Assembly: GCA_963663385.2 (NCBI GenBank)
Contig: CAXXXD010000002.1
Location: 1,728,001 to 1,792,000 of the forward strand
Direction: 5' to 3'
DNA: 64,000 nucleotides
Origin: Oceanispirochaeta sp.
GTDB taxonomy: Bacteria > Spirochaetota > Spirochaetia > DSM-2461
The translations under genes and the position numbers were made by a program. Shown here one piece after another: positions 1 to 8,566 of this stretch. Position 1 is the stretch's first letter. Each line of letters begins with the position of its first letter. The notes below the pieces were generated by a model. The model worked only from the letters and a program-made list of their open reading frames with translations. It was not told where the DNA came from and searched no databases.

Positions 1-609
1 GGAGATCTTTTCGTAATCAATCCGGCCAGGAAAGATCATTGGCTGTCTCTGATGCCGCTCTATCGCAATGAATTGATGATCTGTTTTGTTAAAAGCCGCA
101 AGGAAAATGACAAGCAGACAGAACAGTCAGCCTGTGATGACCTTTTCGCCCTTTTGGGCGGAGAAAAAATCAGGACAAAAAAAGCTTATGTAAATCCTGA
201 TGCCATTCCCGAAAAGAAAACTGAACCCGAACCCGAGGAAAAAACTGCTCCTGTTGGTCCTGATGCAGGTGCAGGCGTCAAAAAGGTATCTACAAAATAC
301 TCGGTTCTTGTCACCAATGAGCTCTTTCATAACGGTAATGTTGAAGCATGGAAGAAAATCATTGAGAGTTATACGACTAAACATCCCGGACTTGATGTTC
401 TTATCTGGTACGATGGAGAACGGATAAACGATATTAATACCCTGTTTAAATGGGGTAAGGTAAAACATGGTACGCCTATTATGTTCAGTGTTGCCGGGGA
501 TGATATTAAAGATGTGTCTAAGCTGAAAAAATACTTTTTCGAGGGTGCCAGCCCCCGATTTGAAGTTTTTTTAAGAGGTGCTGTAAACAGTGTCCTGGAC
601 CTGTTTTAG
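1..609 (+). CDS. 5'-truncated hypothetical protein with a Pro/Glu/Ala linker and a C-terminal HPr-like domain
   Basis: Frame 1 is open from base 1 (GDLFVINPARKDHWLSL-MPL...), so the gene starts upstream of the window. The C-terminal ~90 aa (VTNELFH...YDGERINDINTLFKWG..KHGTPIMFSVAGDD) resemble the HPr pattern. Confidence 0.7.
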   Translation, partial: GDLFVINPARKDHWLSLMPLYRNELMICFVKSRKENDKQTEQSACDDLFALLGGEKIRTKKAYVNPDAIPEKKTEPEPEEKTAPVGPDAGAGVKKVSTKYSVLVTNELFHNGNVEAWKKIIESYTTKHPGLDVLIWYDGERINDINTLFKWGKVKHGTPIMFSVAGDDIKDVSKLKKYFFEGASPRFEVFLRGAVNSVLDLF

Positions 610-642
610 GCTAAACAGACTATCGAAATAAGGAAAATCTTT

Positions 643-3267
643 ATGGATATTTATTCATTCAGCAGTACTGCTTATACAGAAGACAAAGGTGTCCTGGATG
701 TTCTGGGATACAGGGGACGAAGGCTGATGCATCTGGCCGGTTTGGGTATTCCCATTCTGCCCGGGTATGTGCTGTCCAATGATTCTCTGCTGGCTGAACT
801 GGAAGAACCCGGAACGTATAGTTCCAAAATCCATCAATCCATTGAAAATATGGATAAAGTGGTGGGAAAAAAATTCGGAGATTCAGAAAATCCTCTGCTG
901 ATAAAGTATGTATTAAGTCCGCAGCTTAATATGATCGATACTTTTTCCAGCCTGCACAATGTGGGACTGTGTAAAAATACAATCGACGGTTTTGCCAGAT
1001 TTGTTGGAGAGGAATTCGCCTATCACGAATACAGGAATATGCTCAGAAGGGTTATGATCCTGGATCTTGAGATAGAATCGGACTCCAACAGGCGTAAGCT
1101 TCTGGAAAAACTGGCAGCATCCCTGCAGAAATGCGACTCTGCCAAGAAGACAAAAGATGTACTGATCGAAGTGGAAGGCGTATATCCGGAAGAGATATTT
1201 TCCGATCCCTGGGCACAGTTGAGCTATGTTCAATCCCTTTATACGAAATATCTGAAAGAGAGTGAAACCCTGAATGATTCAGCTCTGCTGGTTCAGGCCA
1301 TGACTTTCGGTAACTATGGAAAGGAGAGCTTTTTCGGAAGTTATTATACCCGTGATATTGTTACGGGGAACAATGAACTGTCCGGCAAGTTTTTTGCCAA
1401 TTCCTTTGATGCCACCCAGTCTGACGGTCAGCCCATTACCAAAATAAAAAAGGGTTTCTTCGACGATCTTAAATCCATTGCAAAGCAGTTGGAAACTCAC
1501 TATAAAGAGATTCGTACCATAAAATTCACAGTGGAGGACGGCCGTCTCTGGGTTATTGATCAGAATGCGGCCGATAACAAGTCCACCCAGGCTCATATTC
1601 GCACACTGCTGGATCTGAATAAAGAAGAAATTGTTACAGATGAGTATGTTATAAATGCCATTCAGCCTGGTCGGCTGGCCGAGATCCTTCATCCCGTTCT
1701 GGATAAAGCATCTGCGGAAACCATGCCGTCCTTTTACGGCGGGATTTCCGGTTCCGTCGGGGCCGCTATCGGCAAGGTGTTTTTCTCAACAGAAAAGCTG
1801 ATGCAGGAGTACAGAATCGCCACCCAGCGCGGGCTTGATGCCAATTTCATCCTGTGTATGACAGCAACCTATGCGGAAGATGTCAAGGCAATAGAAGTCG
1901 CCCAGGGTGTAATTACATCAGAAGGCGGCTATGCATCTCATGCACCGGTTGTGGCCAGAAGCCTCGGTAAGGTGGCCATGGTTAACCCGGATATCAGAAT
2001 ACTGAAATCCTCAGTAAAAGTCGGTGAACATACCATCAAGGAAGGGGATTATATCAGTCTTGATGTTCCCTCCTATGATAAACCGACTATATACTTTGAT
2101 AAGGTTAAACTGATAAAGCCCGTAATTGAAGAGAGTGGTATCCTGGAATTTCTGGATATTGCCCAGAAATTCATAGGGGATTTTGATGTGCACGCCAATG
2201 CTGATCAGCCAAAGGATGCTCAGCTTGCCAAGCTTTTTCATGCTGACGGGATCGGTCTATGCCGGACGGAGCATATGTTCTTTGATGAAGAACGAATACC
2301 CCTTTTCCGGTCAATGATAATCGCGGAAGACAAGGAAGATCGGTTCAGGTTTCTTGAGAAGCTGGGAGAAATGCAGACTTCCGATTTCTATAATCTGCTA
2401 AAGATTATGGAGGGACATCCTGTCACAATCCGATTGCTTGATGCACCATTACATGAGTTTCTGCCGCACACCCGGGATAGCATGACTGAGTTTATAAAAT
2501 TCTATAAAAAGAATCATGCCGATGCCAGTGATGCCGATATCAGACTGCGTTGTGACATGATGGGCGAAGTAAACCCTATGCTGGGTCACAGGGGGATTCG
2601 TGTAGGTATTTCTACTCCTGAAATTTACGCCATGCAGATTCGTTCCATCTTTGAAGCTTCCTACAAGCTGATGAAAGAAGATGGTATTACTCCCAGACCT
2701 GAAATCATGCTTCCTGTAGTAATGTCTGAAAGGGAAGTCAAGACCATCAGATTTGGCAAGAGAATCGAGGGAACAGAAATCCTGGGTATTCGTGATATCG
2801 AACTGGCAGTAAGGCAGAAGTACGATGTGGAAGAGACTCTGCCCTACAGGGTAGGTACCATGATTGAGCTCCCCGGCGCTGCTATACAGGCGGACAAAAT
2901 TGCCCGTTATGCTGATTTTTTCAGCTTCGGTACAAATGATTTGACTCAGACGACCAATGGAATTTCCCGGGATGACTTCAATTCATTCTTTACGGATTAT
3001 AACGAATTTGACCTTCTGGAAAGAAATCCCTTCAAGTATCTTAACGGACCCGTAAAAGAACTTGTCTCCATTGCAGCAGAGAGAGGTCGTCTGGTTAGAC
3101 CGGATATGTCTATGGGCTTGTGTGGTGAACATGGGGCAGAGCCGGAGAATATCGAGTTCTGTATGAACCTTGGACTTAACTATGTATCCTGTTCACCTTA
3201 CGGGATCCCCATTGCCAAGTTGGCAGTTGCTCAGAAAACCCTGAAAGATAAAGCTGCATCCAAGTAA
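643..3267 (+). CDS. ppdK: Pyruvate phosphate dikinase-family protein with a degenerate N-terminal nucleotide-binding domain
   Basis: 874 aa. Phospho-His motif GGYASHAPVVAR; PEP-domain motifs GIGLCRTEHMFF, TIRLLD.PLHEFLP, NPMLGHRG, FSFGTNDLTQ and CGEHG. ATP-grasp motifs are substituted. Confidence 0.9.
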   Translation: MDIYSFSSTAYTEDKGVLDVLGYRGRRLMHLAGLGIPILPGYVLSNDSLLAELEEPGTYSSKIHQSIENMDKVVGKKFGDSENPLLIKYVLSPQLNMIDTFSSLHNVGLCKNTIDGFARFVGEEFAYHEYRNMLRRVMILDLEIESDSNRRKLLEKLAASLQKCDSAKKTKDVLIEVEGVYPEEIFSDPWAQLSYVQSLYTKYLKESETLNDSALLVQAMTFGNYGKESFFGSYYTRDIVTGNNELSGKFFANSFDATQSDGQPITKIKKGFFDDLKSIAKQLETHYKEIRTIKFTVEDGRLWVIDQNAADNKSTQAHIRTLLDLNKEEIVTDEYVINAIQPGRLAEILHPVLDKASAETMPSFYGGISGSVGAAIGKVFFSTEKLMQEYRIATQRGLDANFILCMTATYAEDVKAIEVAQGVITSEGGYASHAPVVARSLGKVAMVNPDIRILKSSVKVGEHTIKEGDYISLDVPSYDKPTIYFDKVKLIKPVIEESGILEFLDIAQKFIGDFDVHANADQPKDAQLAKLFHADGIGLCRTEHMFFDEERIPLFRSMIIAEDKEDRFRFLEKLGEMQTSDFYNLLKIMEGHPVTIRLLDAPLHEFLPHTRDSMTEFIKFYKKNHADASDADIRLRCDMMGEVNPMLGHRGIRVGISTPEIYAMQIRSIFEASYKLMKEDGITPRPEIMLPVVMSEREVKTIRFGKRIEGTEILGIRDIELAVRQKYDVEETLPYRVGTMIELPGAAIQADKIARYADFFSFGTNDLTQTTNGISRDDFNSFFTDYNEFDLLERNPFKYLNGPVKELVSIAAERGRLVRPDMSMGLCGEHGAEPENIEFCMNLGLNYVSCSPYGIPIAKLAVAQKTLKDKAASK

Positions 3268-3272
3268 TAAAA

Positions 3273-4157
3273 TCAGGGGAAGAAGAAACGGATCTTATTC
3301 TTTTCTTCTTCCTCTCGCATTTCTGCAAAACACTCGGCCAGATGAACAATGATTTTTAAAGCTGAGTTTTTATTGATATCCGGAAATCGTCTCCGCAGAT
3401 AGTTTATGTGGTTAACACTATGCGTAAAGTTAACTTTCCAGTTAATCCTTCCAAAGCGATCTGTCAGAAATGATGCCAGGTAGTCCATCAGGCTGGCGTT
3501 CAGATACTCTTCCATTTTGTTCCAGTGAGGATTAATTTGCGGATGACGGGGGATATCCCGGGCTTCAAGGGTGATATACTGAAAAAAATAGAGAATAAAA
3601 TCCCGATACACTTCATAAATATATTTATCGTAATCGCTTTTACAGTACATGCTGAGCTCTTTAACCGAGGATGTAACAGTTATCTGTTCTTTAAGGCACT
3701 GTCTGTAACGGAATTTCCGGCTACCTTCATACCGGAGGAAGCGGTTTTCCAGTCCATATTCATAATACCTGTCTGTTGTTTTATGGAAGAGTCTTGTTGT
3801 CTCTGTCATAGCAGCTTTGTATCCGGGGGTGAGCGTTTCAACCCGGGAACTCTGTTTCTCATTTTTTTTCTTTTCTGAATGAAATCTGTTGATATCCTGA
3901 TAAAAGGGGTAAGGGGTTTCAGGTTCGGTATTTCCGGTCGGAGTTACTTTGTTCTTTATCGGATTATTAAGCAGTTCCTTACACTGTTCATAGGCTAGAT
4001 TTATTTCAGTCATTTTTTTGTGAGACCAGTCCTGATTCTCCTGGTTGTAATCGGGATGGTATTTTTTTACCAGTTTTTTATAGGATTTTTGTAAGTCGTC
4101 CTTTGAAAAGTTCTCTTTTAAATGAAAAATCATAAGAGAACGCCGAATATCATGCAT
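3273..4157 (-). CDS. DnaJ (J)-domain protein
   Basis: N-terminal J domain with YKKLVKKYHPD...EINLAYE, followed by a helical C-terminal region of unknown function. Confidence 0.85.
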   Translation of the reverse strand: MHDIRRSLMIFHLKENFSKDDLQKSYKKLVKKYHPDYNQENQDWSHKKMTEINLAYEQCKELLNNPIKNKVTPTGNTEPETPYPFYQDINRFHSEKKKNEKQSSRVETLTPGYKAAMTETTRLFHKTTDRYYEYGLENRFLRYEGSRKFRYRQCLKEQITVTSSVKELSMYCKSDYDKYIYEVYRDFILYFFQYITLEARDIPRHPQINPHWNKMEEYLNASLMDYLASFLTDRFGRINWKVNFTHSVNHINYLRRRFPDINKNSALKIIVHLAECFAEMREEEEKNKIRFFFP

Positions 4158-4331
4158 GTTTAATCATTATAAAGAAAAAAAATTATGATGGATACAGAAC
4201 TTGGAATAAAAATATGAATATTTAATTGCATATTATCCCATTATAATTATAATTGATTTCATTTACAGGCGTCTTTGTATATTATAGATATGAATATATA
4301 GGGACACTATTATACTAAACAGGAGGAGCAG

Positions 4332-6011
4332 ATGAAGAAAGGGCGAACTTACGGAGCTAAGGCGCTGGTGAAAACCCTTGAAAGATTGGGTGTTGAAATT
4401 ATCTTCGGCTACCCGGGCGGTGCAAACCTCCCCATTTATGAAGCACTGGCATCAAGTTCTATCAAGCATGTACTTGCCAGGCATGAGCAAGGCGCAGCGC
4501 ATATGGCTGACGGTTATGCAAGGGCTACTGGTAAAGTCGGTGTGTGTATGGCCACAAGCGGACCGGGAGCGACTAATCTAGTCACAGGTATTGCAACTGC
4601 CTATATGGATTCTGTTCCCGTACTGGCTATTACAGGGCAGGTTCCCAGAAGCAATATCGGAACAGATGCGTTTCAGGAAGTGGATATAAGCGGGATTACT
4701 ATTCCAATTACAAAACATAACCTTCTGGTGCAGGATGTAAAGGAAATTCCCTCCCGTATCGAAGAGGCCCTTCATATCTGTTCGACTGGCCGTATGGGGC
4801 CGGTGCTGGTAGATATACCCAAAGATGTTCTTCAGGAGGAATTTACCTTGCCTCCGGTAAAAGAGATTGTTCTGGAAGGATATAATCCAAACTCTGTCGG
4901 TCATCCCGGACAGATTAAAAGGGTTGCAAAGATTATCGATCAGGCAAGGCGTCCTTTGATTATTGCCGGAGGCGGTGTCGTTTCTGCCGGTGCATTTGAG
5001 GAATTGAAGAGTTTTGTAGAGTTAACCTCCATCCCTCTTACCTATACATTCATGGGAAAATCGGCTCTGGATAACAATCATCCCCTCAACCTGGGGATGT
5101 GCGGTTATCATGGGCAGCCGGTTTCAAACCAGGCAATTGATCAGTCCGATGTAATAATCGCCCTGGGCGCCAGATTCAGCAATAGGCATACCATTAATCT
5201 TGATACCTACCCGGGGCATAAGAAACTTATCCATATAGATATTGATCCGGCGGAAATCGGCAAGAATGTTGAAACACTGCTGCCGATTGTCGGGGATATT
5301 AAACAGATTCTTGAAAAACTTCTGGATATTGTGAAGAAAACAGATCGATCCGGCTGGCTGAAAACCCTGGAAGGGATATCTGAAAAAACAAAGGATATTG
5401 AGATCCCCGATACGATTTTGTCGGAAACTGGTGTTCTGCGGATTATGAATGAATATATAAAATATCCCCTGGTTACCACGGATGTCGGCAGGCATCAGAT
5501 GTTTGCCGCTCATGAGATTCCCGTAGCCAGCGGCAGGGATTTTATCAGTTCCGGCGGTCTGGGGACAATGGGATTTGGTCTTCCCTCTGCCATCGGTGCA
5601 GCCCTGGGCCGTCCGGACAAACAGGTTGTGGTTGTTAATGGAGACGGCGGTTTTATGATGAACAGCCAGGAGATCGTTGTCGCTGCCGAGCTGGGACTTA
5701 ATATAATTGTTCTTCTGATGAACGATTCCAAACTCGGCATGATTACCATGCTTCAGGATGAATTCTATCAGAGCGGTTTTGATATCAGTAACCTGAGCGC
5801 AGATATAGATTTTGTGAAACTGACAGAGAGTATGGGGGGGAAGGGGCATTCTGTCTCAACCCAGGAGGAACTCCGAAAACTTCTCGCTGACGACGGAATA
5901 AAAAGAGGAATCCATGTGATCGATTGTGTTATCGGTAAAGATGAACATGCATTTCCCATGGTTAACGGCAGCTCTATCGTAGACGTAGTGGAAGGAAGGG
6001 AGAAAAAATGA
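4332..6011 (+). CDS. ilvB: Acetolactate synthase large subunit (isozyme 1)
   Basis: FGYPGG, RHEQGAAHMADGYAR, TSGPGATN, DAFQE, SGGLGTMGFG and ThDP motif GDGG...N; RBS AGGAGG. Confidence 0.95.
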   Translation: MKKGRTYGAKALVKTLERLGVEIIFGYPGGANLPIYEALASSSIKHVLARHEQGAAHMADGYARATGKVGVCMATSGPGATNLVTGIATAYMDSVPVLAITGQVPRSNIGTDAFQEVDISGITIPITKHNLLVQDVKEIPSRIEEALHICSTGRMGPVLVDIPKDVLQEEFTLPPVKEIVLEGYNPNSVGHPGQIKRVAKIIDQARRPLIIAGGGVVSAGAFEELKSFVELTSIPLTYTFMGKSALDNNHPLNLGMCGYHGQPVSNQAIDQSDVIIALGARFSNRHTINLDTYPGHKKLIHIDIDPAEIGKNVETLLPIVGDIKQILEKLLDIVKKTDRSGWLKTLEGISEKTKDIEIPDTILSETGVLRIMNEYIKYPLVTTDVGRHQMFAAHEIPVASGRDFISSGGLGTMGFGLPSAIGAALGRPDKQVVVVNGDGGFMMNSQEIVVAAELGLNIIVLLMNDSKLGMITMLQDEFYQSGFDISNLSADIDFVKLTESMGGKGHSVSTQEELRKLLADDGIKRGIHVIDCVIGKDEHAFPMVNGSSIVDVVEGREKK

Positions 6012-6481
6012 AACATACAATATCCATTCTCTGTGATGACGTCCCCGGTGTAATGACACGTATTTCCGGTCTGTTCTCCCGGAGAGGTTTCAATATTGAA
6101 AGTTTATCCGTTGGTAATACGGACAGGCCCGGTAAGAGCCGGTTTACCATTGTTGTCAACGGAGATGATACGGTTCTGGAACAGGTCCGAAAACAGCTTC
6201 AGAAGCTTATTAATGTTATCAATGTCTGGGATTATAAAAGTGAATCCATCGTAGGCCGGGAACATGCCCTGATAAAAATAAAGGCAGACAAGAAGAATCG
6301 AACTGAACTGCTTCAGCTTGTGGCTTCCGTTCAGGCCAAGATTATAGACTCTTCCGGAGACATCTGGATTCTTGAGGTTACCGGTGATACAGAAGATATA
6401 AACAGCATTATTGACCTGTTTAGCCACTATAACATTGTAGAATCCATACGGACAGGAAAAATTGCTTTAAAAAGAGGTTGA
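6008..6481 (+). CDS. ilvN: Acetolactate synthase small (regulatory, ACT) subunit 1
   Basis: PGVMTRISGLFSRRGFNIESL and RTG motifs; ATGA overlap with ilvB. Confidence 0.95.
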   Translation: MKHTISILCDDVPGVMTRISGLFSRRGFNIESLSVGNTDRPGKSRFTIVVNGDDTVLEQVRKQLQKLINVINVWDYKSESIVGREHALIKIKADKKNRTELLQLVASVQAKIIDSSGDIWILEVTGDTEDINSIIDLFSHYNIVESIRTGKIALKRG

Positions 6482-6572
6482 GATTCTGTATAATTAACCA
6501 TAATTTTATATATAGGGGCTGAAGGAAACTTTAGCCCCTGAAGATTATGTTCACTTTTTCGAAGGAGATAAT

Positions 6573-7121
6573 ATGGCCAGGATCAAGGATCTTTTTGATG
6601 CATATCAAAGCGGAGAATTCCCTACTGAGGGCGGATATATTATATCCAACTTCTTTGATAGCAACTCTCACTATACACGTATAGAGATGATATCCTATGG
6701 CAATGTCAAGGATATATATACGACGGATGACGGAATTACCTTTCAGGCTGATGGTTTGAAAATGTATGTTCTGGTTGAACCCGCTTCGTATACGCAGAAA
6801 CATACAGAGCCCTGTTACCGGGATGACAGGCATAAAATCCCCTACCGTTTTAAAGAAGTGGATACCTATGTGACTAAACGGCAGGATAAGATTATGGTCG
6901 GCAAGGAACCGGTTGAAACCTATACCGCCTTTACGGTTATGAATGAAACGGGACTTAATCAGTCTTTTGTTGTTTTCAAGGATGAAGGTATTGAAGAATC
7001 CCTGGCGAATTATTTTAATCAGGTTCTTTGGAAGAATGTAAATATTCCCCGGAATGATGCACAGGCCGCAACGGAAATGATCTCAAAAATCGTTCCCCTT
7101 ATGGTGAACCCTTTCTCCTGA
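6573..7121 (+). CDS. Hypothetical protein
   Basis: 182 aa ORF with a good RBS (GAAGGAG) and protein-like composition; no motif recognised. Confidence 0.75.
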   Translation: MARIKDLFDAYQSGEFPTEGGYIISNFFDSNSHYTRIEMISYGNVKDIYTTDDGITFQADGLKMYVLVEPASYTQKHTEPCYRDDRHKIPYRFKEVDTYVTKRQDKIMVGKEPVETYTAFTVMNETGLNQSFVVFKDEGIEESLANYFNQVLWKNVNIPRNDAQAATEMISKIVPLMVNPFS

Positions 7122-7176
7122 TCCTGAAATGCCAATACCCGGCGGCGGGTTTCTGGTCGAGACGGTTATTTCAGTA

Positions 7177-7200
7177 AAGGCGGGTTTTAAACCCGTCTAT
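7177..7200. terminator. Probable terminator hairpin between convergent genes
   Basis: GGCGGGTTT-T-AAACCCGTC inverted repeat between the stop codons at 7121 and 7215. Confidence 0.5.
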
Positions 7201-7214
7201 ACAAAAAACTGTCG

Positions 7215-8411
7215 TTAACCTATATTAAACAGTCCTCCCAGGCCGCCAAGGGGGTTGTCGCCGCCGCTCTGGTTTCCCAGTCCCATCATCCTGACAGTGC
7301 CCTGCAGTTCCTGGATCTTCTTCTGCTGTCTTTCGATAATCTCCATCAGCTGGTCAATGTCGTACTCTGGCTGCGCACTTCTTTCCTGCTCTTCTTTGAT
7401 CTGTTTATACAGTTGAAAATCGTTCTCGGTCTCTATCTGCGCCAGCTCATAGGAGCTGCTGTATTCATTCAGGTTCAGGGGCAGTTCCGGAAAATGCCGG
7501 GACTGGGCGATCTTCTGGGCGATACGGAAAATCTGCTGGGCTGTCAGGGTATCCTGATACTCCATCAGAAAGGGAACGCGGTTATGGAGGGATTCATTAA
7601 TATCCCGATCGAACAGAACCGTGCCCATACAGTCCATGGACACAAGGAGATCTTTTTGCACCAGGCGTCCCAGGTTTTCAGCCATTTGAAAATCTTCTTC
7701 GTCTTCAATCATATTCAGTATCATCTTGGGCTGAAGAACTTCCAGGTAGGCCATGGCCTTTTCCATGGTTTCCGGTTCATCCTGACCTATCTCATGGAGG
7801 AGGTGGGCCAGGGTTAAATCCGTACCAGGCAGCATGCGCTTTATATTCTTTTTCAGGTAGGTATCCATCTTTTTGTTTTTGCTGAATGCCTTGTGCAGAA
7901 AACGGATTGTCAGGTTTTTGGTAAAGGAGTAGGCATTCAGGATAGAGCTGGCATGGGGTGTTGTTACTATCAGTCCCGAATTGGAGATCAGAAAAAAGTC
8001 TATTGTATTGAAACTGCTGCCGGCTCCCAGGTCAAGGATAATGTAATCCGCATCCAGTTCCTGGATTTCCTTCATAATTTCCTTTTTCTGGGCATCCGTA
8101 ATGTCTGCCATCCCATAGGAAAGAGTATCTCCGGGTATAAAGTGGAGGTTTTTATAGGGAGTTTCTATAACCAGTGATTTAAAAGTTCTTTTATTGTCCT
8201 GCAGGTAGGTTCCTATTCCGGGATTGGTATTTCTGATGCCGAGAATCGTGTGTAGATTGGCTCCCCCCAGATCCATGTCGACCAGTATGGTTTTTCTATC
8301 TGAAATAGCCAGGGACAGAGCTATATTAACCGATAGTATGGACTTGCCGACTCCGCCCTTACCTCCGGCGATAGGTATAATCTTTTTTTCGATTGTTTCA
8401 TTCAGTACCAA
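7215..8411 (-). CDS. MinD/FlhG (FleN)-family P-loop ATPase with a C-terminal coiled-coil extension
   Basis: Deviant Walker A GGKGGVGKS, plus VDMDLGGANLH and ILDLGAG. Confidence 0.88.
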   Translation of the reverse strand: MVLNETIEKKIIPIAGGKGGVGKSILSVNIALSLAISDRKTILVDMDLGGANLHTILGIRNTNPGIGTYLQDNKRTFKSLVIETPYKNLHFIPGDTLSYGMADITDAQKKEIMKEIQELDADYIILDLGAGSSFNTIDFFLISNSGLIVTTPHASSILNAYSFTKNLTIRFLHKAFSKNKKMDTYLKKNIKRMLPGTDLTLAHLLHEIGQDEPETMEKAMAYLEVLQPKMILNMIEDEEDFQMAENLGRLVQKDLLVSMDCMGTVLFDRDINESLHNRVPFLMEYQDTLTAQQIFRIAQKIAQSRHFPELPLNLNEYSSSYELAQIETENDFQLYKQIKEEQERSAQPEYDIDQLMEIIERQQKKIQELQGTVRMMGLGNQSGGDNPLGGLGGLFNIG

Positions 8412-8566
8412 TTGAGGCTCCTGCAGTTATCTTTTGCCTGTAAATTATACCAGCACTTTTCCATAGAAAACAGTCCCGGGTAACAAAATAGGAAAAAAGT
8501 ATGAAGACATATCAATTCTTTTGTATAATAATAGAGTATATTATTGGTAGTTAATGAACCATTGTT

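Noticed and set aside
4212..4297. ATATGAATAT direct repeat in the J-domain gene/ilvB divergent region
   Set aside because: Very AT-rich context and no clear copy upstream of the second ilvB; likely chance.
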